A DNA stretch of 44,397 bases from Candidatus Heimdallarchaeota archaeon (GCA_046761065.1 JBHIFL010000036.1:1-44397); one strand, 5' to 3'. Counted from the stretch's first letter, positions 20,300 through 28,258 are shown. Translations and numbers: made by a program. Notes: generated by a model not told the origin, from the letters alone.

Positions 20300-20640
20300 A
20301 CCCCAAACCCACTTCTTCAATCCCTCTCAAAAACGCCGGAACGACCCCCATGGGCTCAACGGACTTGCTAAAAAGCTTTAAACATTTAAATACCATATAT
20401 ATGATCTATTATTTGGCGATACAAATCGTTGTGTGAGGGACTGCCATGAAGTCGATGAAAAACTCCCAGTTGGAGGGAGCTTATAATCCTTCAAATCCCA
20501 CCTTTTTCGCCCACCACAAAAATGCTGGAACGACCCCCGGGGAGTTAGCGGGCTTGCTAAAAAGCTTCAAACATTTAAATACCATATATATCCCAATTAT
20601 TGTGTGCTGGAAATCCATGGGTTAGGGAAATACCATGAAC
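20300..20640 (+). promoter_or_regulatory. Tandemly duplicated archaeal promoter/leader (189-bp period) in the divergent intergenic region
   Basis: GGAACGACCCC...CTTGCTAAAAAGCTTyAAACATTTAAATACCATATATAT occurs from 20338 and from 20527. It contains a TTTAAATA TATA-like box, and both copies continue ATTATT...AAATC...AGGGA...CCATGAA. Confidence 0.7.
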
Positions 20641-20655
20641 CCCAGCCTATTGCTT

Positions 20656-20844
20656 CCCTCGTCTGCTTCGGCAGCGCTCACAGGAGAGCCAGGTGCAACT
20701 CCTGGCCCTGTCGAGATGGAAGATCCGCGGAACAGCGATGAGCCTCCCGCTTCGTGGTGAGTTCCGCGCGAAATGATACATACTCGGCGGTGTGGACGCA
20801 AACTCCTTGGAAAGGGGTTTTTGTGCATCAAGGAGCGATAAACC
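20656..20844 (+). ncRNA. Candidate structured ncRNA, copy 1 (189 nt)
   Basis: About 83% ungapped identity to 23365-23553. Hairpins CTGC-TTCG-GCAG and GCCAGG-TGCAACT-CCTGGC (T-loop-like), plus stems with compensatory changes between copies. Confidence 0.7.
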
Positions 20845-22512
20845 GTGAATTCCAATAAATTAAAAACATCGGGTGGTTTCTCCTCCCCGCTAAGCCTCTT
20901 TGCCGAAGAATGGCGGCGCCAGGAGGCAATACCGCCTGAAACTGAGGATCTTGTCCAACGAACTGCCCACCACCAGCATCCAACGGTCCAAGAGTCCGTG
21001 GTGGAGAAGCTTCTCACCACCTTACAGGTGCAATACCTCCCCCGGTGGGTCTTTCGCACTGGCGCCGAAACCTTCATCTTTGATTTCTTGATCGAACCGA
21101 ACCTGGTGCTGGAGTGCACCTTGACTGCTCGGAAAGGGTGTGCGGAGTCTAAAGCGTGGTTAAAGGATCGCTCTACCATCTTTGAACGCAAATTCAAGGA
21201 GCTCAAACACCACAAGCCCCACTGCTTCACCGTGATTTTCCTCGAAGCGACGAGCTGCCGCCCCGAAGATCTGAGAGAAGGCATCCCCACCTTGCAATAT
21301 ACAGATCGGCTGATTACGTGCCTGGAGGAGTTCGAAGCGTTCTTGACTCAATGGAACCGCGCGCATGCAACTGAAAAACGCCGTTCCCCTCAGAAAACCC
21401 TCCTACCCCACCACAGCCCCAAAAACCGTCTTCTAGAGAAAGCACCCCTGCAACTGACACCGGTAACGGGCTTTCGGCTCCGCGCACAGTTTTATACGCC
21501 GATGACCAAGCCCCTCGGGGTCAATGTTCCCGGCAGCCCCACCAGTTACATGGTCGGCACGGCCCCCTTCCTCATTGAGACCTCCTCCGAGAACAAACTG
21601 GCCAGCCTCGCCAAAGAAATTACGGAAGAGACCTTGATGCGGCTCACGGTTAAGGAACTTCGAGATCTGCTGGCTTGCCTTCACGCCGCCAGTGGGGACA
21701 AACTGCCCAAATCGGGGACGAAACCGGTACTGGTCCAGCGCATCCTCGCTTCCCCCCACAAGACGACCGCTGTCCAGCGGTTCCTCGCCGACAAAGAGGT
21801 GACGGCCCAGCGAAAACGGGAACGCCTCGATGTGAAGCTCTTTACCAGCCTCCGGGGCGCGCTAAGACACGCAGGGAGAGAGATCCTGCACGCTCTCCGC
21901 CTCCCCTACAGTATGCCCGCCCTGTCCGAGGATAAGCTGCCCGAAGGCGCCCACCGCCCGGGAGAGTGCGTCGAGGCAGAACAGGAATGTTTGCTGTGCC
22001 GGGTCTTTGGCTCCCTGTCCCACCCCTCCCTCTTCCGGACCTACATTCCCCCGCTGGTGAATGACCCCGAGCACAAGTTAGCCACCCCGCAGGAAGTGAA
22101 TCATGTGTTTATCCGCACCCATGCCCGCAACGTCCACCGCCCTGATGGAAATACCCTCAACTTCAACCAGCAGTATTTCGCAGGCACATTCGTCGCCTAC
22201 CTTACGTTTCTTAACGGGCTCCCAGACCCGGTGGAGCTGGGGTTCCTCCTGAATTGCCTCGAACGCTGTGATGACGTGGGCGCCGCCAAGGCCTGGGGCG
22301 CGGGCAAACTGTTCCTCCAGTCCTACACCTTGGAGAAGGTCGAACGCACCTATCAGCGGGTATGGAACGGCAACGCCTACCAGATGACCCCAAAAACCAC
22401 GGTGACGCCCCTCAAAGCGGAACTCGACCAGGCGTGCGCTGCCTACACCCAGTGGCTGGCCCAGCTTCTGGCGACCCAGCGCGGAACTGAGGAAGGAGCG
22501 GTGCCTGCATGA
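20845..22512 (+). CDS. cas7: PD-(D/E)XK-like nuclease domain fused to a Cas7 (Csm3-like RAMP) domain with an inserted SAP motif
   Basis: N-terminal E...FIFDFLIEPNLVLECT. RAMP motifs GFRLRAQFYTP, TSLRGALRHA (cf. SSLKGALR), CLLCRVFGS (cf. CxxCRLFGS) and G-rich loop VGAAKAWGAGKL. SAP-like LMRLTVKELRDLL...LPKSGTKPVLVQRI. Confidence 0.78.
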   Translation: MNSNKLKTSGGFSSPLSLFAEEWRRQEAIPPETEDLVQRTAHHQHPTVQESVVEKLLTTLQVQYLPRWVFRTGAETFIFDFLIEPNLVLECTLTARKGCAESKAWLKDRSTIFERKFKELKHHKPHCFTVIFLEATSCRPEDLREGIPTLQYTDRLITCLEEFEAFLTQWNRAHATEKRRSPQKTLLPHHSPKNRLLEKAPLQLTPVTGFRLRAQFYTPMTKPLGVNVPGSPTSYMVGTAPFLIETSSENKLASLAKEITEETLMRLTVKELRDLLACLHAASGDKLPKSGTKPVLVQRILASPHKTTAVQRFLADKEVTAQRKRERLDVKLFTSLRGALRHAGREILHALRLPYSMPALSEDKLPEGAHRPGECVEAEQECLLCRVFGSLSHPSLFRTYIPPLVNDPEHKLATPQEVNHVFIRTHARNVHRPDGNTLNFNQQYFAGTFVAYLTFLNGLPDPVELGFLLNCLERCDDVGAAKAWGAGKLFLQSYTLEKVERTYQRVWNGNAYQMTPKTTVTPLKAELDQACAAYTQWLAQLLATQRGTEEGAVPA

Positions 22513-23450
22513 TCACCCGGCTCATTGCCGAGACCCTGACCCCGATTGTCGCCAAATCCCGGTTCTTGAACCTGCGTGGCGCCCGGGGGGTGGTCTCGAA
22601 TCGCCCCTATCTGGACCTCCCCGCCCCCACCCGCCATCGGTGTCGCACGACTCTGGTCGTGAAACAGGGGGAACACGGCCTTCTGGTCCACCTCCGCGCT
22701 CATATGGGCTACCTCCACGTGGATTTCAAGACCCGCACCCAAAAACAGGCCCGCCGCAACCTCAAGGCCTTCCTCACTCTCCAATCCGTTGGCCAGCTCA
22801 CTACCTGGGGCTACGGGGCAATTTGCTGGATCCTGCAAAAAGATTACCATGGCCAAGCGTCGGCTCGTCCGTTTGGCCCGCGGTTCCGGATTCTCAAGGG
22901 GTTACCTCCCAATCTGTCACCCCGTGAGCGCCAACTGGTTATGGCCGCGCTGCTCCATGACCTGGTGGACACGGCCCTCCACTCCTCCAAGTTGGGGTGT
23001 TCCGTCACGATCCCCGACCCCTACGTGCAGTGGTTGTGTGTCCACCATCATGCCTTAAAAGAGCATCCGGACAATTCGGATCTCCAGCTCATCCAAGAAG
23101 CCGACGTCCGCACCTCCCGGTATGCTCGGCTCCTCTCCCGACCAACCTCCCGCCGCAAGATGGCGCCCGTCAATACCCAGCAACTCACCCGCCAGCTGGA
23201 GCAGGCGGCCAAGGGCTCCATCTATAAACTTTATTCGGTCATCTATCATTCCCAAGAGTTAAATAGTCTGACTGCCTCTAAAGTCCATCCCACTGAAAGT
23301 CTCCGGAATCACTTGATTAGCACAGCCAACTGGACCCTCTTCCTCCTGCGCACCCGGCCCTCCCCCCTCTCCTGCTTCGGCAGCGCTCGCAGGTCAGCCA
23401 GGCGCAACTCCTGGCCCTGTCGAGACGGAAGATCCCCGGGCCCCAGATGA
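22509..23450 (+). CDS. cas5: Cas5-like RAMP fused to a circularly permuted HD nuclease domain
   Basis: ATGA overlap with cas7. N-terminal LIAETLTPI strand and G-rich loop VGQLTTWGYG. HD motifs ALLHDL, HHH and ADVRTS, with the usually N-terminal His placed last (SLRNHL). Confidence 0.65.
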   Translation: MITRLIAETLTPIVAKSRFLNLRGARGVVSNRPYLDLPAPTRHRCRTTLVVKQGEHGLLVHLRAHMGYLHVDFKTRTQKQARRNLKAFLTLQSVGQLTTWGYGAICWILQKDYHGQASARPFGPRFRILKGLPPNLSPRERQLVMAALLHDLVDTALHSSKLGCSVTIPDPYVQWLCVHHHALKEHPDNSDLQLIQEADVRTSRYARLLSRPTSRRKMAPVNTQQLTRQLEQAAKGSIYKLYSVIYHSQELNSLTASKVHPTESLRNHLISTANWTLFLLRTRPSPLSCFGSARRSARRNSWPCRDGRSPGPR

Positions 23451-23553
23451 GCCATCCGCTTCGTGGTGAGGCCCCCGCGAAATGACACGTACTCGGCGGT
23501 GTGGATGCGAACTCCTCTTGGAGGGGCTTTCGTGCAACAAGGAGCGGAAAACC
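23365..23553 (+). ncRNA. Candidate structured ncRNA, copy 2 (189 nt); overlaps the cas5-HD 3' end and the XPD start
   Basis: Direct diverged repeat of 20656-20844 (32 mismatches by my count, no gaps). The same hairpins are retained. Confidence 0.7.
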
Positions 23554-25559
23554 TCTTTCCTTATAGGCCGTATCCCGAACAAGTTCAGTTTATGAGCGAC
23601 GTAGAGCTACTAGCGCAGAAGGGGGGGGTCGGCTTATTTGAAGCTCCAACTGGGTTTGGGAAGACCGCGGCTACCCTGAGTGCCTTATTAGGGTATGTAG
23701 ATAAGCCAATTGTCTATCTGACACGTACACATAACCAGATGCGGCAAGTTGCCAAAGAGTTGCGAGAAGTCAATCGGCGGGGATGTGATTTCAAAGGGGT
23801 AGTCCGGGGATCCCGGCGATTTCTTTGTCTGATCTCAGAGGTGCGAGCCTGTGCAACAAATGCGGAAATGATTGAAAGTTGTCTTTCGCGGCTACAAAGT
23901 TCCGAAGGCGTGACTTTATTGGATTTTGTCGAAACAGGCTCAGCATCGGTTACTGGAAGTGACCTGCATCTACGAGTACGAGCAGATATGACCTGTTCAT
24001 TTCAAGGACGTACCATAGAGGTGCCGATAGATATTCCACAGGGGATTCCGGCAGTAGCAGATGTCGAGACGTTAGTTCGATATGGTCGAGAATTCCATAT
24101 TTGTCCCTATTTCCTTGCACGGCTCTTAGCCCAGAGTCGACGTGTAGTGGTTGGCTCGTATAAATACCTGTTCATTGGAGATCTGTCCATTAAAGGCGCA
24201 TTTCTGGTTCTTGATGAGGCGCACAACATTGATGCGTTATGTCGAGAGGCGTATTCGCTACAGCTTAGTCAAAGGAGTGTGGAGCAAGCAATTGCGGAAA
24301 CCCAAGAAGGCGAAGACTTTGGGGCCATCAACTGGGAGGAGCTCTCTATCGAGGTGCACGAGTTCTTCAAACGGGTGACCCTACCAAAGACAGAGACCGC
24401 GATATTAACGCAACAGCAAACACTAGATCTCCTCGAAGAGTATGGGCTCGGGGACAATTTTTTGAAAAGCGTGAAAGCTGCTTGGACGGATCTTTGTCAA
24501 CTACATGCCGAGTTAATGCAAATCCGAGGACGTGTCTTCCCCCTCGAGTCGCTTCGAACGCATTCCATCTTTACTTTTTTCCACCGGCTGATGGAGGACC
24601 CTCCCGAGCAATTTGTGGCGATTTTGGAGACACAAGCACTGAAAAGACTCGCATGGACATGTCTTGATCCGGCGCTTGCCTTTCGAGAGATTCGCGAGAA
24701 AAACCCCCATGCTATCATTTTAATGAGTGGAACATTGTCGCCGATGGTAAATCTAGGGCGTATGTTTGAAGTTGAGACGATCATACATGATTATCCTTCG
24801 ATTGTCCCTTTAAGGAATGTTCAAGTGCTCGTATTGAGGACAGGACCGTATGATGACCCCTTAACCTCCGAGTATAAACATCGAAATAACCCTGCGATTG
24901 GAGAAGCGTATGGGGAGACGATTCAGCAGATTGTTACTCAAGTACCTAACGGATCACTTGTCTTTTTTCCCAGTTATGGGTTTATGCGGCAATTGCTACG
25001 AGTTTGGAGTCAACAAGGGATCTTAGAGCGAATGAAAGACACGGGGTATGATCTCTTCTTTGAGACCCCGGAGGCAGGAAAATCCCTGATTGACAAATAT
25101 AAAGAACAGGCCCGCTCAGGCAACGCGGTGTTGTTTGCGGTGTGTCGAGGGAAACTTAGTGAAGGAGCCGATTTTCCAGATGCGACAGGGAGAGCGGCAA
25201 TCCTTGTGGGGGTTCCTTTTCCCGATCTAAGTGATCCGAAGGTCAAGGCACAGCGACAATACTATGAAAACAAAAGTCAAGGGCTCGGTGCAACATGGTA
25301 CTTGGATGAAGCGATTCGAACGGTGAACCAGACGCTTGGTCGTGTGTGGCGGCACCACCAAGACTACGCCCTTGGATGTCTTCTTGATGGGCGCTATTAC
25401 TGGCGATCAAATTTTGAAAAGATAAGTCCATGGCTGAGGTCACGAATGCGTTTCCAAACACGAGAAGACTCGTTTTCCTCTATTTTACATCGAATCAAGG
25501 CGTTTTTTAACAGAGCGGAGCGTCGCTATCACCATATTAGTTCCTCGAAGACCACTTAA
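23532..25559 (+). CDS. XPD/Rad3/DinG-family Fe-S DNA helicase
   Basis: Q motif FPYRPYPEQ, EAPTGFGKT, Fe-S Cys (RRFLC...C...C...CPYF), DEAHN, MSGTLSP, VFFPSY, RGKLSEGADF, GVPFP, QTLGRVWRH and LLDGRY. The likely start is GTG 23532 after GGAGGGG; the ORF track start is 23463. Confidence 0.92.
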   Translation: MQQGAENLFPYRPYPEQVQFMSDVELLAQKGGVGLFEAPTGFGKTAATLSALLGYVDKPIVYLTRTHNQMRQVAKELREVNRRGCDFKGVVRGSRRFLCLISEVRACATNAEMIESCLSRLQSSEGVTLLDFVETGSASVTGSDLHLRVRADMTCSFQGRTIEVPIDIPQGIPAVADVETLVRYGREFHICPYFLARLLAQSRRVVVGSYKYLFIGDLSIKGAFLVLDEAHNIDALCREAYSLQLSQRSVEQAIAETQEGEDFGAINWEELSIEVHEFFKRVTLPKTETAILTQQQTLDLLEEYGLGDNFLKSVKAAWTDLCQLHAELMQIRGRVFPLESLRTHSIFTFFHRLMEDPPEQFVAILETQALKRLAWTCLDPALAFREIREKNPHAIILMSGTLSPMVNLGRMFEVETIIHDYPSIVPLRNVQVLVLRTGPYDDPLTSEYKHRNNPAIGEAYGETIQQIVTQVPNGSLVFFPSYGFMRQLLRVWSQQGILERMKDTGYDLFFETPEAGKSLIDKYKEQARSGNAVLFAVCRGKLSEGADFPDATGRAAILVGVPFPDLSDPKVKAQRQYYENKSQGLGATWYLDEAIRTVNQTLGRVWRHHQDYALGCLLDGRYYWRSNFEKISPWLRSRMRFQTREDSFSSILHRIKAFFNRAERRYHHISSSKTT

Positions 25560-25584
25560 CACCAGACCAAGGAAAATTCAGAAA

Positions 25585-25920
25585 CTAACGAATTTTCGTC
25601 CCAGGAGGAGTCTCCGTCTCAGGGTGTAACAAGATAGGCCGCCCCTTAATGTCTGCTGCAAGGATCATCACCTCACTTGTGATCCCATGGATGGTTACAG
25701 GCTGCAGATTTGTGACTACTGGGACAAGCTTCCCTTCTAGATCGTGGGGGGATTTGTATGCGGCCATTCCTGCCACAGACGCACAGGGTTCCGCCTTCCC
25801 TATATCAATTTTTAATTTCAATAAGCGATCTGTTCCCTCAACACGGTCTGCGGAGATAATCTTGCCAATTCGCAAATCCAATTTTTTAAATGTGTGAAAA
25901 GGGAAATGCTCGACCATCAA
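25585..25920 (-). CDS. Stand-alone tRNA-binding OB-fold protein (Trbp111/CsaA/MetRS C-terminal-like)
   Basis: FKKLDLRIGKI, DRLLKLKIDIG, VVTNLQP...GITSEVMILAA, PPGTKIR. Confidence 0.9.
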   Translation of the reverse strand: MMVEHFPFHTFKKLDLRIGKIISADRVEGTDRLLKLKIDIGKAEPCASVAGMAAYKSPHDLEGKLVPVVTNLQPVTIHGITSEVMILAADIKGRPILLHPETETPPGTKIR

Positions 25921-25951
25921 AGTGTCACCTCTGTCTTATTGAAAGGGAGGC

Positions 25952-28258
25952 CTAAAATTTAACGGGTTTAGCGATCGAAACGAATTCACTTAACATAATC
26001 TTTTGGAGGAGTTGAACCAATAATTCACTCTCTGTCAAAATCGTAACAAACTCCTCCTCAGGAGTTTCAAGAGCGATAAAGACCTCTTCCGCATCGCGTA
26101 GACACATATTCATATCTTTTTTCGCATAATGGCGGAGTTGGACGTTACCTTGATCCAGCAATTGGCCCAGTTCGCGTTCATATTGATCAATATCAATTTC
26201 TGAGACGAGGGTAATCTTCCGTGTTCGGGGTAAATCGGCAATGCGTTTCAAGAGGTCTCCACTTAATTCGGGGACAATTATAGTAATGCTCGACTTTGTT
26301 CGCTCCAACATGTCATTGACAAGTGGTCTTATGTTTTGCTTACCAAGAATTGCCCATGTTTTTGCTGTCTCAACTGGCTTAATTTTCTCACTGGCTTCTT
26401 GTATCTGTGAAAGCGCGTTCTCAGCCGCCTCGGTCCGCATCACGGCAGCAATAATTTTTTCGCCTACTGCGCGTTCAACGTTATTTGCCGAATCTTTGAT
26501 CTGTGTTATAACTGGTTCGATTGCTTTTTGAATCGCCTCCCCAGCTTTCTCAAGCGTGTCGGTTTGTGTCTCAAAATAGGTTTTCAGCTGTTCCATGATT
26601 TGTTGGTTGAGGTTATCAGTTTTAGTATGAAATACCTCGATATCGGCGCCTAAGCTTTCAGCGACTATATTCTCTTTTTCCTTAAAGAACGCTTGGATGG
26701 CCTTTCCGTGCTCATCTAAGATCGCTTCAATCGCTTTCCTTGTCTTAGAAAGGCCAATTTCGGCTTGGTTCGCAGCATCAGTGTGGAGATGAGCGGCTTT
26801 GGGCGTGAATTGCTCGATACGTTCTGTTTGGGTCTTAAGCCATTCAGTTGTTTGCGATTCAACGCCTTCCTTAGTTGTGATCACTCCTTTTTTGACTTTT
26901 GAACAATAGTCCTCTACCGGTTCTCGATTATCCTGCATAAGATCGGCTTTAAAGTCGCGGAGTGTGGCCCCAATTCTTTTATCAGCCGCTTGTTTTAGAT
27001 TCTCAAGTTCCGTTTGAACCGTAGTTGTGACTCCAGAAATAATTTCTCGGGTTTCCTGAGCCATTGTTTGGGATCCAGCAAATGCAGTTTGAATTGGGGC
27101 ATTCAAGTTCTCTAGAAGAGTTTTCGTGTCATTTACGAGCGTCTCCATTTCAGTCGCAAGGGTTTCTGTTTTTGCTGCAATCTCCTCTTGTGGAAATGGT
27201 TTTCGGAACCCGACTTTAATTGTTCTTATCTCCTCGCCTAAGGCGTGTAATCGTCGTCCCAACTCGGTGATCACTTTATTAACTGTATCTAATTTAGGTT
27301 GAACTTTACTGCTAGTTTTGTCCCATTCTTGGGCAATGTCATCATACACGTTCTGAAGGGATAACTTGAGGTCGTCATTTGCCTTAGTGATCTTTTCAGA
27401 CTGCTTGTCTACGAGTCTGAAAAAATCTTCTTTAAGAAAATCTGAAGAGCGAGCAAATTCTGTTTGGTACTTATCAACGGTATTTCCCACTTTCTGGAGG
27501 ATTTCTTGTGTCAGTTGGTCATGGAAGGCCACATGTTGATCTAAAGTGGTAAATAGATTGGATTTGAGGGTTTCCGTTTCATGTTGTAGCTCTAAAGAGA
27601 GATCTGAACCTAATGACGAGAGCATATGGCGTGATGTTTCAAGGGAGGTCTTTATGGTATCAATTGTCCCGAGGGTGAGTTGGCCAACTAAACCTTGACG
27701 TTCTCCCACCTGCCTCATTATCCGCTCAGCCAAAGCAGTGATTGTGTTTTTCAGATCTTCTGTCCCTTTTTCTTGAACAGCGACATAATTGTTTTTCTGT
27801 TCATTAAAGAGCGCATTCAAGTTTTTTTCAGTAGTTGAGAGGATATCGGGAGCTTTGAACCGACCCTGAGTAAGATCTAGAAGGTGAGTCAATTGCCCAT
27901 AAGTTTCATCGATTTTACTAACAAATTCATTGACATTATTAGTAAAGACATCTCTTATTTGGGCTATGTCGATTCGAAACCGTTTATCAATATCCACAAA
28001 GGCCCGAAGGAAGGGTTCCATAGGGATGAACCGATGTAGGATCCCGGGGAGCTTTTTAATATATCCTAAGCTTTCTAAATTGGGGATCCGTTCAGAGATC
28101 TCGAAAACATCCAGACTTGTAAGTTGAGCTATCTGCCCGATAGTCGCATTTCCAAGTCCTAAAATCGCTAGATAAATTTGAGTTTCCTTTTCACTTAGTC
28201 CCGCATCCGCAAGAAGCTCGGGGGAGACTTCTTTTACTGACACAAAGTTCAACTCCAC
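25952..28258 (-). CDS. TrmB-family protein: N-terminal HTH, very long helical/coiled-coil insert, C-terminal TrmB effector-like domain
   Basis: GLSEKETQIYLAILGLGNATIGQIA...LESLGYI. About 520-aa amphipathic helical middle. C-terminal MLERTKSSITIIVP...RDAEEVFIA. Confidence 0.75.
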   Translation of the reverse strand: MELNFVSVKEVSPELLADAGLSEKETQIYLAILGLGNATIGQIAQLTSLDVFEISERIPNLESLGYIKKLPGILHRFIPMEPFLRAFVDIDKRFRIDIAQIRDVFTNNVNEFVSKIDETYGQLTHLLDLTQGRFKAPDILSTTEKNLNALFNEQKNNYVAVQEKGTEDLKNTITALAERIMRQVGERQGLVGQLTLGTIDTIKTSLETSRHMLSSLGSDLSLELQHETETLKSNLFTTLDQHVAFHDQLTQEILQKVGNTVDKYQTEFARSSDFLKEDFFRLVDKQSEKITKANDDLKLSLQNVYDDIAQEWDKTSSKVQPKLDTVNKVITELGRRLHALGEEIRTIKVGFRKPFPQEEIAAKTETLATEMETLVNDTKTLLENLNAPIQTAFAGSQTMAQETREIISGVTTTVQTELENLKQAADKRIGATLRDFKADLMQDNREPVEDYCSKVKKGVITTKEGVESQTTEWLKTQTERIEQFTPKAAHLHTDAANQAEIGLSKTRKAIEAILDEHGKAIQAFFKEKENIVAESLGADIEVFHTKTDNLNQQIMEQLKTYFETQTDTLEKAGEAIQKAIEPVITQIKDSANNVERAVGEKIIAAVMRTEAAENALSQIQEASEKIKPVETAKTWAILGKQNIRPLVNDMLERTKSSITIIVPELSGDLLKRIADLPRTRKITLVSEIDIDQYERELGQLLDQGNVQLRHYAKKDMNMCLRDAEEVFIALETPEEEFVTILTESELLVQLLQKIMLSEFVSIAKPVKF

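Larger units (their letters stand above)
11326..25559. mobile_element. GC-rich genomic island carrying a divergent-Cas1 and Cas7/Cas5 module (boundaries approximate)
   Basis: Obvious GC enrichment over about 11.4-23.5 kb relative to the AT-rich flanks, with the XPD gene intermediate. It encodes a Cas1-family integrase domain, two helicases and RAMP proteins. The 10-bp direct repeat AAACCTCTTT occurs at 11326-11335 and 23549-23558. Confidence 0.55.

Noticed and set aside
20680-20760. Cobalamin riboswitch or tRNA (GCCAGGTGCAACTCCTGGC resembles their T-loop arms)
   Set aside because: No GCAACTGT or B12-box (AGACCTGCC), and no D arm, anticodon arm or acceptor stem. Only the T-loop motif is shared.
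20446-20760. Short ATG ORFs after each duplicated promoter
   Set aside because: The two peptides are unrelated and run through promoter or RNA sequence; no coding evidence.
12910-23582. Many overlapping alternative-frame ORFs (e.g. 15997-16737, 20622-21290, 23394-23582)
   Set aside because: These are shadow ORFs of GC-rich genes. The similarity between 20622-21290 and 23394-23582 just reflects the antisense of the duplicated RNA element.
11100-25584. Casposon-type terminal inverted repeats
   Set aside because: Only 8-9-bp chance-level matches (e.g. TCCTCGAAG) were found by eye, and there is no PolB gene.
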